This document shows, piece after piece, positions 11,895-23,542 of a stretch of 34,270 bases of DNA (the first letter of the stretch is position 1; each line of letters opens with the position of its first letter). The stretch is from Octopus sinensis. Lineage: Eukaryota. The stretch lies in assembly GCF_006345805.1 (NCBI RefSeq), contig NW_021831738.1, positions 1 through 34,270 of the forward strand, read 5' to 3'. A model generated the notes under the pieces. The model did no database searches. It saw only the letters and a list, made by a program, of their open reading frames with translations, and was not told the origin of the DNA. The position numbers and the translations under genes were made by a program.

Positions 11895-12158
11895 ATAAAA
11901 TAAATAAATGCGCCCTTTTTAAAGCCTAGCCAGGCTCATGGGCCCGGTTTCCCGGTTTCCATGGCGTATGTGTTCCCCAGCTGGACGGGACGCCAGTCCA
12001 TCGCAGCGTTACTCATTTTTGCCAGCTTAGTGGACTGGAGCAACGTGAAATGAAGTGAATTGCTCAAGAACACAACGCGTCGCCCGGTCCAGGAATCGAA
12101 ACCACAATCTTACGATCATGGTGCTGACACCCTAACCACTAAGCCACGCGCCTCCACA
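11895..12158 (-). mobile_element. tRNA-derived SINE family C, full length with 15-bp TSD
   Basis: Minus strand has A-box TGGCTTAGTGG, B-box GTTTCGATTCC, CORE-like tgtgttcttgagcaa, V-domain-like gcgatggactggcgtcccgtccag and a (ttta)n tail. TSD cagtcgaagatatta at 11880-11894 and 12159-12173. Confidence 0.9.
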
Positions 12159-12254
12159 CAGTCGAAGATATTAGATATCAAAAATGGTGGAAGGAGCAGA
12201 GTAAAATAGATATGCGTTCGGTAGTCTCATGTAGTACCATGTAGCTCCATACAT

Positions 12255-12560
12255 TTGCTTTTCGCGGGAAGGAAAGTTTCTATCGGAGATGCGTATCGCC
12301 TTCACCTTCGAAACGCAGAGTAGATGAAACCATGGCGACTGAAGAAGGGGAATTTTCTTTGTGTTATTTGTCCTGTACTCTATTTTTTCGTTGTTTAAGA
12401 AAAATGCCTAGTTCCTTGGTTTTGTGTTTATGTTTTCGTTTCTCATTGAGTTCGACGTTTTTTTTTTGGTGTCCTGTACCCATATATGCGTGTATATATA
12501 TGTAGAGGTAGGTACGTACATATATGTATGTATATATGCATATGTTTTCTTTATTAATTT
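12255..12560 (+). mobile_element. Diverged copy of the 4015-4320 segment of the direct-repeat element
   Basis: tttgct..gcgggaagga..gagtaga(t/c)gaaac..actgaagaaggggaa..tgttttcgtttctcattg..cccatatatgc. Confidence 0.75.
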
Positions 12561-12627
12561 ATTATATATATGTATGTATGTATGTATATATGTGTGTGTG
12601 TATGTATGTATGTATGTATAAATATTT

Positions 12628-12840
12628 ATGTGTGTGTCTGGTGTTTTCCCTCTACCATCGCTTGACAACTGATGTTGATGTGTTTACGTCCCCGTAACTT
12701 AGCGATTCGGCAAAAAAGACCAATAGAATAAGTACCAGGCTTACAAAGAATAAGCCCTGCGGTCGATTTGTTCGACTAAAAGCAGTGCTCCAGCATGACC
12801 GCAGTCAAATGACTGAAACAAGAAAAAGAATAAAAGAATA
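12628..12840 (+). mobile_element. SINE family A, 3' half
   Basis: Matches ~2440-2650. Confidence 0.85.
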
Positions 12841-12846
12841 TATATA

Positions 12847-12923
<77 letters not shown>

Positions 12924-13194
12924 AAGAAAGAGAAAGAAAGAGAGACAGACAGACAGAGGGAGTGAGATGGTTATGATGATGGTGATGATTATCATGTGCA
13001 TTTCGATTACTCGTTCTCTAACCATATATATTTGTGTGCGTACATGCGGGCGGGCGCGCGCGTGTTTGCATGTAACTGCAAATGTGTATGTGTGTGCGCG
13101 CGTGCGCGCGTGTGTAGGTCACGATGCTCTCGGTGAGAGTATATACAATACTACTGCCATCTGTTACAGCACCACGCCCAATCTTTAACACCTA

Positions 13195-13317
13195 CATACA
13201 CTATATATATACATGTATATACATACATATATATATATATATATATAAATGTACATATATACATGTATATATATATATATATAGACACACACATATATAC
13301 ACATATAAATATATTTG

Positions 13318-13369
<52 letters not shown>

Positions 13370-13402
13370 TACATATATACATATATATATATATGTATAT
13401 AT
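13195..13402. repeat. (TA)n-rich microsatellite
   Basis: Directly visible. Confidence 0.9.
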
Positions 13403-13715
13403 ACTGCACAGTCAGACACTCGCACACACAACTTCACGTCCACATCCACCTTCAAGCTGACGAACCAAGCTGTTGCCAACCTTGATGTCTTTTTCTTCAC
13501 AGCTTAGCGAAGAACTTTATACGCGGATATTGTTTTCGATACGGTCTGCAAAGCTAATCAGATGTGCGTGTGTTCATTTGTGGTGAGGGTGCCGTGTGCT
13601 CTTGTTTGATGTCCTGTGTATAATATGCATGTGTGAAGCGTATCGGCGAACGCTGGTAAGCTTTGCTGGGTGATTGACCAAGTATATGCATGTATATAGC
13701 ATGTATGTGTGTGTT

Positions 13716-13756
<41 letters not shown>

Positions 13757-13864
13757 TTGGACGTGCGTATGAATGGATGTTTAGATAGTTATATCTTAAA
13801 CATGTTTGTTGAAGAGTTGTTTATTATTCAGCCCCAGGTCATAGCTATGATCCGCCAGCATTTA

Positions 13865-13913
13865 TAGATAGATAGATAGACAGACAGACAGGCAGGCAGA
13901 CAGACAGACAGAC

Positions 13914-13965
<52 letters not shown>

Positions 13966-14013
13966 GGATGGATGGACAGACAGACAGATAGACAGACACA
14001 CATACTGATAGAT

Positions 14014-14058
<45 letters not shown>
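13865..14058. repeat. (GATA)n/(GACA)n microsatellite
   Basis: Directly visible. Confidence 0.95.
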
Positions 14059-14128
14059 GTTTTTGGTCTAAAATAAACTAGGCTCATTTGTAAATCTTAG
14101 TTTCAACAAATAAATCTGGTTTCAATTT

Positions 14129-14960
14129 TGGTTTAAATCTAGCCAGTAGAAAATAATGACAGGTGATTACAATTCTCTTTGGCGAATATATTCAAAGGAG
14201 TTTATGAAAAGAATATTTAATGTGAAATATAACTAGCTTATTCAACTTCGAGGAATCTCTCTTTAATAACTCTGGCTTCAAATCTGGTTTAAATCTGGTC
14301 AGCAAATAATAGTAACTGCTAACCACAATTCTCTTCGACAAATATATGTTTCTTTATTACCCACAAAGGGCTAAACACAGAGGGAACAAACAAGGACAGA
14401 CAAACGAATTAAGTCGCTTACATCGACCCCAGTGCGTAACTCGTACTTAATTTATCGACCTCGAAAGAATGAAAGGCAATGTCGACCTCGGCGGAATTTG
14501 AACTCAGAACGTAACGGCAAACGAAATACGTATTTCTTTATTACCCACAAGGGGCTAAACACAGAGGGGACAAACAAGGACAGACATAGGTATTAAGTCG
14601 ATTACATCGACCCCAGTGCGTAACCGGTACTTAATTTATCGACCCCGAAAGGATGAAAGGCAAAGTCGACCTCGAAATACGGCTACGCATTTCGCCCGGC
14701 GTGCTAACGGTTCTGCCAGTTCGCCGCCTTCCTCTTCGACAAATATATTCAAAGGAGTAATCGAAGACAATTTTATTTCCTTAAAATTAACTAGGTTGAT
14801 CAACTATGCAGACACTCGCTTTAAATTCAAGCTTCGAAAACTATACCTTGATTCAAAATCTGCTCTAAAATCTTGTTTTAAGTTTTAATGTTTTAAACCT
14901 AGCCAGCAAATAACAGAAGCAAGAAATCACTATTGTCTTCCACAAATATATTCACGAAAC
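14129..14960. repeat. Old degenerate tandem repeat (~155-200 bp unit, ~3 copies) interrupted by a SINE
   Basis: Anchor tg(g/t)tttaaa(t/c)ct(a/g)g(c/t)cag at 14129, 14285 and 14889, each followed by aatatattca. Confidence 0.6.
14348..14731 (-). mobile_element. SINE family B (Meta-domain-like), internal dimer with 17-bp TSD
   Basis: Head ggcggcgaactggcagaaccgttagcac; body (gcctttcatcctttcggggtcgataaattaagtacc) plus tail present twice. TSD ctcttcgacaaatatat at 14331-14347 and 14732-14748. Confidence 0.9.
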
Positions 14961-15394
14961 CTATGATGAGATACTGTCTTTTTTTCTAGTTTTTTTTTTT
15001 TTTTTTTTTTTGCTAATGAAACCAGCGGGAAAGCTATTATACAACAGTGACATCACTAGCCGCCTACCAACTTTAATTTCTTTTTTTTTTTCTCTTTTCT
15101 TTAAAATTTTTTTTTTATATTGGCTGTTTCTACTGTTGAAAATAACTTACGATAACAAGGATAATTCACTTCTGTTACAAAATGTTCTAGTCTCGATCTC
15201 ATGGGATTTTTCTCCGGACCACTCAGAAATATAAAGACCAGATGCAAAATTCATGGTGTTAACCTAATTACAAACAAAAAGGGTGCAAAAAATAATTGAG
15301 TGAGGACAAATTATGGAAAAGAAAATGGACAGTGTTTTAGACGAGAATTACTATTAATGAATGATAGAGAGAGAGAATCCCGTGAAGGAAGGAC

Positions 15395-15671
15395 TGTGTG
15401 TATGTGTGTGCATGTGTGTGTGTGTGTGTGTGTATGTGTGTGCATGTGTGTGTGTGTGTGTATGTGTGTGTGTGTGTGTGCGTGTGTGTTTTAATTGACA
15501 ATTTCTAACGTAAGACAGAGACAAAGAAATCGTATAAAAGGCTATGTGCATTCGTAATTGGGCGTAAGCGGGTATATACGCGTGTGTATATATACACAGA
15601 AATGCACCACACGTTTCTATGTGTGTGTGTGCGTGTGTTTGTGTGTGAGTGTGTGCGCGCGTGTGTGTATT

Positions 15672-15716
<45 letters not shown>

Positions 15717-15953
15717 GTGTGTGCGTTGTGTGTGTGTGTGTGTATGTATATGAACACATACAGACACTCTCACACGCGCGCATAAATGCATACACATATA
15801 TGAATCTGTATATACTTATACATATATATACATATGCATATATACATGTATTTATGCGTTTGTGCGTGTGTGTGTGTGTGTGTGAAAGAAAGAATTTCTG
15901 TATGTGTACGTATGTTTATTATATATTAACATTGATGAAAATATCGAATACAC

Positions 15954-16004
<51 letters not shown>

Positions 16005-16279
16005 TCTATCTATCTATCTACCTATCTATATATATATATATATATATATATATCTTTTTCTCTTTCTCTCATTAAGTATATAACGGTTACACATACATAC
16101 GTTCATATATGTGTATGTTGTATATGTATGCATATGTGTGTGTGCGTGTATTTGCGTGTATGTGTGTGTGCGCGCGCGCGCTCATGTGTGTGTGTGTGTA
16201 TATGTATGTGTGTGCGTGTGTTTGTATGTGTATATATGTATGTGTATGTACGTGTGTGTGTGTGTATGTATGTGTGTGC

Positions 16280-16311
<32 letters not shown>

Positions 16312-16410
16312 ATGTACGTGTGTGTGTGTGTGTGTGTGTGTGCGTATGTTTGTATGTGTATATATGTATGTGTATGTACGTGTGTGGTGTGTGTGTGTGT
16401 GTGTGTGTGT
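15395..16410. repeat. (TG)n/(TA)n/(TC)n microsatellite cluster
   Basis: Directly visible. Confidence 0.9.
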
Positions 16411-16524
16411 GAGCAGATTTAGTGAGCCTGAGGGCTAAAACCCTTAGCACAAGATTCATAGTGATGATGGCCCTGTGGTTGTTAGTTCTGGTTGAAGTGG
16501 CGGTTACCGTAGCTGTGGCAGTCA

Positions 16525-17220
16525 GTGGTGGTGGTGGTGGTGGTGGTGGTGGTGACGGCGGTGGCGGCAATAGTGTTGATGATGGTTGAATTAGTGTTTG
16601 TGATAAAAGTGTGGGCGATGGTGATGGTGATGGTGATGGTGATGGTGGTGTGATCGTAATATTTACTGTACTGGTGTTAATTGTTGTGCTCATCAAAGTG
16701 GTGGTGGTGGCTGGTTGGTTGGTTGGCGAGGATGTGTAAGTGGTGGCGATGATAGTGTCGGTAATGGTTGAGCGTAGTGAAGGAGAGAGAAGCGGCGGAG
16801 ACGGCGGAGACGGCAGCGGTGACGACTGTGGCGGCGACTGTGGCGGCGGAGGCCACCGCCGCCGCTGCCGTGGTGACGACGGAAGTGGTATTAGTGTGGT
16901 GGCGGTGATGGTTGTGCCGGTGGTAGTTGTGGTAGTTGTGGTTGGTTACAGTCGTTGTGGTCGGTTGCAGTGGTTGTGTTGGTAGCAGCTGCGGCCTTCG
17001 TGGTGATCGTGTTGTTGTTTGGGGGGGGTAGGACTGCAGTTATCGTGTTGATTGTATTGGTGATAGTGGTGGTGGTGGTGGTGGTGATGGTGGTGGTGGT
17101 GGTGGTGGTGGTGGTTGTGGTAGTGTTTTGGTGGTGGTGGTGGTGGTGGTGGTGGTGGTGGTGGTGGAGGTGGTGGTGGTGGTGGTGGTGGTAGTGTTTT
17201 TGTGGTGGTGGTTGTGGGGG
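16525..17220. repeat. (GGT)n/(GGC)n/(GGTGAT)n low-complexity block
   Basis: Directly visible. Confidence 0.85.
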
Positions 17221-17388
17221 TGGATTTAATAGTGCCAGTGGAGGCCTTCGTGGTGAACCTGGTGAGGATGGTAGTGAAAGATCTCACAGAAATCCTATTG
17301 GAAGAATTGGTTTCCGTGTAGGAGGTAGTGCTGGCGGTGGTGTTGGTTGTCGTCATGATTTTGTTGACATTATTTAAGCCCAGAATAA

Positions 17389-17920
17389 GGCGGTGAGCTG
17401 GTAGAATCGTTAGCGCGCTGGACGAAATGCTTAGTAGTCTTTTGCCCGTCGCTCTACGCCCTGAGTTCGAATTCCGCTGAGGTTGACTTTTTCTTTCATC
17501 CTTTCGGCGTCGATAAATTAAGTACCAATGAAACACTGGGGTCGATGTAATCGACTCGTCCCGTCCCCAACAAATTCCAAGCCTTGTGCCTATAGTAGAA
17601 TGGATAATTTAAACCCAGAATAAAGCGGCGAGCTGGCAGAATCGTTAGCACACCGAGCAAAATGCTTAGCGGTATTTCGCCCGTCTCTATGTTCTGAGTT
17701 CAAATTCCGCCGAGGTCGATTTTGCCTTTCGATCTTTCGGGGTTGATAAAATAAGTACCAGTCGAATACTGAGGTCGATGTAATTAACTTAATCCTTCCC
17801 TTGAAATTGCTGAGTTTGTGCTAAAATTTAAACCCATCTAAAAACATTATTTAACCCCATAATAGGCGGCGTGCTGGCAGAATTTTTAATACGCCGGGTA
17901 AAAATGCTTAGCGGCATTGG
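17389..17920 (+). mobile_element. Three head-to-tail SINE family B copies (17389-17606, 17624-~17835, 17865-~17920 truncated)
   Basis: Each starts with a (g/a)gcgg(t/c)g(a/t)gctgg(t/c)agaat head; the first two carry the B-box gagttc(g/a)aattcc and the Meta-like body. Confidence 0.9.
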
Positions 17921-17999
17921 TTCTGGTTGAATTGATTCAGCCCCATTTAATTTAAAATCAGCCCCATTTAATTATGTTCAGATTGTTTTCAATTTTGGT

Positions 18000-18410
18000 G
18001 TATCGATGCGGTTCTGAATTTTGATTTCGATCAACTAATTACTTTATCTCGTAAATTAAAGAATCTGATGTTATTTGGAATTTAAGTTGGAAAATTTGGG
18101 TAATTTTAGCCTATCAACAGACAGCGAGGCATTAATAGCTTGTTACCATGACAACCGCATGTTATGTTGTGTTTCACTTCACCCGCATGTTGTGTTGTGT
18201 TGATTCTTCACACCATGAAATTTACTTCTCCCGCGTATTTTGTTTTAATAAAAAATTATATCTATCAATTAGAATTTTATTGTAGATATTTTTCGTCAAT
18301 TGTCTTAATATTTTTACATATTTTTCATATATTTTTCATATATATATTTTACTTCGTGAAATTTTTCTGTGTTTACATTCGTTGCCGTTGCAACGAATGC
18401 CCTTCAGTTT
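18000..18410 (+). mobile_element. Possible non-autonomous Helitron/Helentron-like remnant
   Basis: Perfect 10-bp-stem hairpin cattcgttgc-cgtt-gcaacgaatg (18376-18399) near the putative 3' end and a palindrome gttaccatgacaac (18142-18155). No intact CTRR terminus. Confidence 0.25.
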
Positions 18411-18689
18411 AAACCCAGGTCATGCCACAATGAACAATTCTATAGTTTTATTGAAGATGTAGGACAAAATTATTTAATGTGTCCTTCATTTTAAAAATGT
18501 TACAGCATAGTGTGAGAGAGATTTGGCTGTTATTTCTAGCAAATTGAACAAACATATAGAGATTACCTGATTGGCTCATTTGCTGATGTGTATAAGTAAA
18601 TAAAAACTAAGAGAAATGGATCTTAATCTGTTTCTATGATGATCATTCCAGCTGTATGATCAACTGAACTAGTTACACATTCAACTGTT

Positions 18690-18800
18690 ACTTATGTTAT
18701 CAACCCCACAAAGGATAAAAGGCAAAGCCAACCTAGGTGGAACTTGAACTCAGAATGTAGAGCATTTTGTCCAGTGTGCTAATGATTGTGTGAGCTTGTC
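18690..18800 (-). mobile_element. SINE family B, old fragment
   Basis: aaggataaaaggcaaagccaacct..ttgaactcagaatgtag..gcattttgtccagtgtgctaatgat. Confidence 0.7.
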
Positions 18801-19179
18801 TTATTAATATAACAATTTTTTAAAAACATAATAAAAACATAGAAAACACTATATAAATCAATGAAGAGACAAAAGAAACGGTAAGAAGATACATGCTGAC
18901 TTTATTAGGTACCAGGTCATTTCACAGACGCTAAACTATAAATTTCACAGGGTACAACCTTAAAGTTGACACCGCTACAACGCAGACAATTTCTATCTCA
19001 TTATTGGCCATAATTACACTGTTTTTTTTCTGTAACATTTTCTTCAACTTTTTTCTCTCCATAAGATCATGGGTCCACAACAATAAGTGTGGAAAACTAC
19101 ATCAATATAATCGATTTTCAGATTTTTTTACATCCTTTTTTAAAAAAATGCAGATTCTGTGAATCAATTTAACTAGTAC

Positions 19180-19260
19180 AGTGGCCTTTCGCTCGTCTTT
19201 ACGTTCTGAGTTCAAATTCCATCGAGGTCAACTTTGTCTTTCGTTTTTTGGGGGATCGAT
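19180..19260 (+). mobile_element. SINE family B fragment
   Basis: tttacgttctgagttcaaattccatcgaggtcaactttg. Confidence 0.7.
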
Positions 19261-19391
19261 ATATGTGTGTCTATATATCTACGTTACGTATATAGGTTTA
19301 CTGATGCAAACAGGGAAATAATATTCAAAGCATAAGGCGTGGTTGTGTGGTATATATATATATATATATATAATATAGGGAGAGAGAGAGA

Positions 19392-19446
19392 GGCGTAGGA
19401 GTGGCTGTGTGGTAAGTAGCTTGCTTACCAACCACATAGTCCCGGC
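19392..19446 (+). mobile_element. SINE family A head fragment
   Basis: ggcgtaggagtggctgtgtggtaagtagcttgcttaccaaccac. Confidence 0.8.
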
Positions 19447-19659
19447 TTTTAAGCTACTATATATGTGTGTGTGTGTGTGTGTGTTTTATGAATTTTGCTT
19501 CAGCATAGTTAAGACTCAATATATTTATGCTTTAATGTAAAGAGTTAAGCGAGTACAAAGTTTAATATCGATTAATTAATGGCAAAAAGAGCCCCCCTGT
19601 GTTTATGAAGACAAAAGAAAAAGACTCCAATATCGTTGGAAATAGAGGCCTATATCTAA

Positions 19660-19810
19660 TGAATTATACAGTTGTGGAGACTCAGATGCAGAATCTTGAT
19701 GGTGCTTCCAGCACCAGACTTACGACAGCTGAAGAAGTGCTGCAATCATCGTATATTTTTTCACAGAAACTTCAAGTCGTGTGTAACAGTCTCCAAAACT
19801 GTATCATTCA
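19660..19810 (+). mobile_element. ~150-bp inverted-repeat-bounded element enclosing a hammerhead-like core
   Basis: 23-bp IRs at 19660-19682 and 19788-19810 (2 mismatches). CTGAAGA at 19729 and GAAACTTCAAGTC at 19766-19778. Confidence 0.55.
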
Positions 19811-19859
19811 ATATATCACTATATCAATATGTATGTATGTCTCTTTAAGTTTTTAATTA

Positions 19860-21440
19860 TTATAAATCTTCCACTGAGGAGGGAGCCGGTTTCCAACAAA
19901 GATACAAGTCTCCATCTTTGGGATGTAGTTATAGATAAATCACATTTGAAACTTGAAAAAAGTCTTGCATAGTTTTACTGTTTCACTCACAGATTGAACT
20001 TGTAATGTACGAATTAGTCAATCAATTTCTCTTTCTGAAAATCCCAGTTATCCAGATTCTCTTTTTAGCATTTACTAACAAAATCTAGTGCTCCAATTAT
20101 TAATGGTATGAATATTAATTTCGTAGGCTGGATATAGATGCTGGAAGTTTCGAAGCAGTTGCTCATAGATATCCTCTTTTTCTTCGATTTTCAAAGAGAA
20201 ATTTATATCTGCAGCGAAGTTAACCTCTATGATGGTACGCACCTTTGCCCCTCTGTTCCAAACAACAATATCCAGCCTGTTATGTTTACATTTGACAGAA
20301 GTTTTGATGGGAATATTCTACCAGTATTCCTTGTGGTGATGTTTATGAATGTATTCTATACCAGAGGGATTTTCTAAGTTTATTTCAAGACAATCTTTTT
20401 TGCGGATGGCATTGTAAATTGTTTTAGCAACAACCTCATGCCGCATAGGGAGGTAGTACCGTGACGACATTTTAGAACTGTTGCTAATCACACGCGTAAT
20501 GCCTTCCTCAGCAACATAACACAGCCTACACATGCACTTGCACCTTGGGATTACAAGAGCGTCACTCTCTTTCTTGTTCACCGGGTACTTTGTGGCAATC
20601 TCCTGTTCCTGGATTGCAAACGCATAACCTTCAAAGTGTGATGTGATGTAGTAGTCTTGTGTCCAAGAGAGGCTGCACTTCGTGTCAATTCTACGCATAG
20701 CCTTCAAAGTGTGATGTGATGTAGTGGTCTTGTGTCCAAGAGAGGCTGCACTTCGTGTCAACTCTACTGTCTCCTTCAAACTTCCGGGCAACATACCCAT
20801 GCCTGGTATTTTTTTTTGTATGCTAAGTGCTTTCCATCCAGGTCTTCTCTGAGCTAATAGGGACCAGGTGTTTTGGGTTTGTATAGGAGATCAACAAGAA
20901 GAGAATACTTCTTGAGGAGTTCGCTGTCAACTCGTACAATGTTGCTCACTTCACTTTTCAGCACCGCATTTATATATCTATTTTTGCTGTTGTTGTTTAG
21001 CAGGTGGTGCCTGGGTGACACCATACGGCATTCGAAGGCCGTCTGCACTGATCTCAGGCCCCTACCACTTTCATTTCTTCTTAGATACAGCTTGCCAACA
21101 TCACTGTTTCTGTGGAAGTTCCCAGTTGTCAGAATTTTGCGGGTTTTGATATCTATGGAGTGGATTTCTTTCACAGACCAATCAAGTATCTCAAAAGTTG
21201 GGATCAGCACTGGTACTGCAAATGCATTGTGGGATATTGTTTTGTTGTAAAAGGAAAGTTCCTTCTGCCATATTTTCATAAGTCTGGTGTAATATTCTCG
21301 GGCCACTCTATATTTATTCACAGTACCTTCATATGATCCATTTTCTCTATGCCTAGGTACTTGTAACATTCTTTGTGTGGAATGGGGGAGATAGAGAGAC
21401 TTCTTTGCTGGAAATTGGACTGCTATTTTTTGCAAACCGA
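19860..21440 (-). mobile_element. R4/Dong-like RLE non-LTR retrotransposon, decayed 3' ~1.6 kb (RT thumb, CCHC remnant, RLE)
   Basis: NKTISHNAFAVPVLIPTF, LYLRRNESGRGL, EGYAFAIQEQEIATKY, CRLC..YYLPMRHEVVAK and HNRLDIVVW..IIEV..D..EKEDIY (PD-D/ExK remnant), with stops and frameshifts. Confidence 0.9.
20620..20765. repeat. 73-bp tandem duplication inside the LINE ORF
   Basis: Copies at 20620-20692 and 20693-20765 differ by 3 substitutions. Confidence 0.9.
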
Positions 21441-21924
21441 GCGAGAACATAGAGGCTTGTTATGTATGTTATTTTTGGTGATGGTCATGTTGTGAGTGTA
21501 TGTCGTTGTTGCTAACAGCGGGTGGTGGGGTACTAAGTTTGGTAGTGGTCCTAAGTGTGGTGGTAGTAATGACGATGGTTGGCCGGTCAGTCGGTTATTT
21601 TATTGTTGCTTGCTTGCTTCGTTGGTTGGTCGGTCAGTCAGGTGGTTCATTGGTTGTTCGGCTTTCCGGTTAGCAGGTTCGTTTGTTGGCTGGTTGATTG
21701 GTTGGTTGGTTGGCTGGCTGGTTGGGTGGTTGGCTGGCTGGCTGGTTAGTTGGTTGGATTTGTTAGTTATCTGTTGAGACTAGAATCATGAACTGGACGA
21801 GTCACACGCTTCAGTCTGTTGCTTTAAATGGATCTTAATTCGTGTATTTCTCAATTATCTTGTCAAGAATTTGGGATGAAGGAAAGAGACAGACATAGAG
21901 GGATAGGCGGACAGAGGAAAACAC

Positions 21925-22490
21925 TATACATATATACATGAATACATACATACATACATGCATACATACACATTATATATAAATATATATATATATATGT
22001 ATGTATATACACACACGTATATAAAAATGTGTGTGTATATATATATATTTATATGTATGTGTATGTATATATATATATACGTATATATAAGTCTGCGTGC
22101 GTGTGTATGTATAACATGCATAAATATATTTGAATGCTTCTCGTGTGCGTGTGTATATGTGTATATATATATAGAGAGAGAGAGAGGGGGGAGAGAGATA
22201 CAGAGAGACAGACAGACAGAAAGAGAACGAGAGAGAGAGAGGGGGATGAAGAGAGAGGAGTTAAAAGAGGAGAGTGGGACAAAGACGGGAGTAGGAATTG
22301 TGGGTGTGTGAGAGAGTGGAAGATGGCAGTGATAGGTGAGATGATATTATTGTCGAGTGAAAGACTGAAACTCAGTAAGAGAGTAAAGGATAATTGTGAT
22401 CAGAGAGAGAGACGGGGAGAAAGAGAGGGAGAGAAGAGAAAGAAAGAAAGGAAGAAGAAAAGAAAGAAAGCCTGTGAGGTTGTGTGTGTA
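21925..22490. repeat. (TA)n/(TG)n/(GA)n low-complexity block
   Basis: Directly visible. Confidence 0.85.
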
Positions 22491-22849
22491 TAAGAGAAGG
22501 CGAGCGGGCGTGCGCATATGTGAAGAGAGAGAGAAGAAAGAGAACTGTTTAACTAAGCTGCGATGATGTACCGCAATACAAGGTATAAAGAAAAAACAAG
22601 AATGAGACGAATACATCTAAGTATTTCTGAATGTGAAACAAATATACTGTTTATATGTTTGTATGAGAGCTGTATATATCGACCGTTCTGATGAAAATCC
22701 CGTAGAATGGCGACCGGTGAAATTTATAAATGCACTTGCCCATAAGAAAATTGCCAACATCATGACATATCGAATTATAGTGAAGCGTCTAACAGTTTCA
22801 GTTGATAGAAACGTAGTACATCTTTAACGTCGAGACTTATGAAATATGT

Positions 22850-23345
22850 ACTCTGTCCCTGGGTAAGAGGTAGGTGCCTCATCTATGACTCTACAGTCTG
22901 TGACTCTTTTGCTTCCTCCCATATCCTGGATGCTGCGGTAAATGAGAGGGTGACTGCTTCCCTAGCTGAACGGAACAAAACCCTGAAGAATCGGGACCTG
23001 ACAGTGAGTCATTTGTTCCATCCAGCCTGTGGAATTTGAGATGTTTGGAGGGGCTGGGCCACTAACGGCGAAGTTCTTGTCATCATTGACAGCTCATCTT
23101 ACGAGGTGCCAGGTGATACCCATGAAGGTGCTTAGCTTTTTCGAACGCCTTAGCCTAGCCATCGTCCGTGGTAATGCTGCGAGCGCGTGCTGGCTAGCTT
23201 CAGTAGGTTCCATTGAACCTTGGGTATGCAACCAACTGAAGCACTTGGTGTTGCATTGATGATTTTTCTCCCTTTTTTCTTTTTCTTTTGTAATATTTAT
23301 TCCTTTTCATATTTTCAATGAAATGTACTGCATAAATAAAAGATG
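22850..23345 (+). mobile_element. CRE-like RLE non-LTR retrotransposon, 3' end
   Basis: PWVRGRCLIYDSTVCDSFASSHI..ASLAERNKTLK then, after a frameshift, EMFGGAGP..FFERLSLAIVRGNAAS, followed by a T-rich UTR and AATAAA at ~23336. Confidence 0.75.
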
Positions 23346-23542
23346 CTATCTTATATGGTAATAAATTTTAAAAAAGGGGATAATCGCTTATTAAGTGATT
23401 CCTATACTATTCTACTGGATTTTTTTTATCCTACTGTATTTTTATTAAATATTATTAGGAATGATCTATCACAGTGGAAATGGAATGATGCCAGCCGGGC
23501 CTGTCCTGAGTTTCAATGTACGACGCGTTTCTTGCAGTTTCC

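Noticed and set aside
13451-13546. Possible minus-strand exon after a tttgcag acceptor
   Set aside because: Stops in all three frames and a weak donor.
16103-17536. Pro/His/Gly-rich ORFs and a collagen-like GEPGEDG stretch
   Set aside because: Trinucleotide low complexity; the 196-aa ORF begins inside a SINE and there is no sustained Gly-X-Y pattern.
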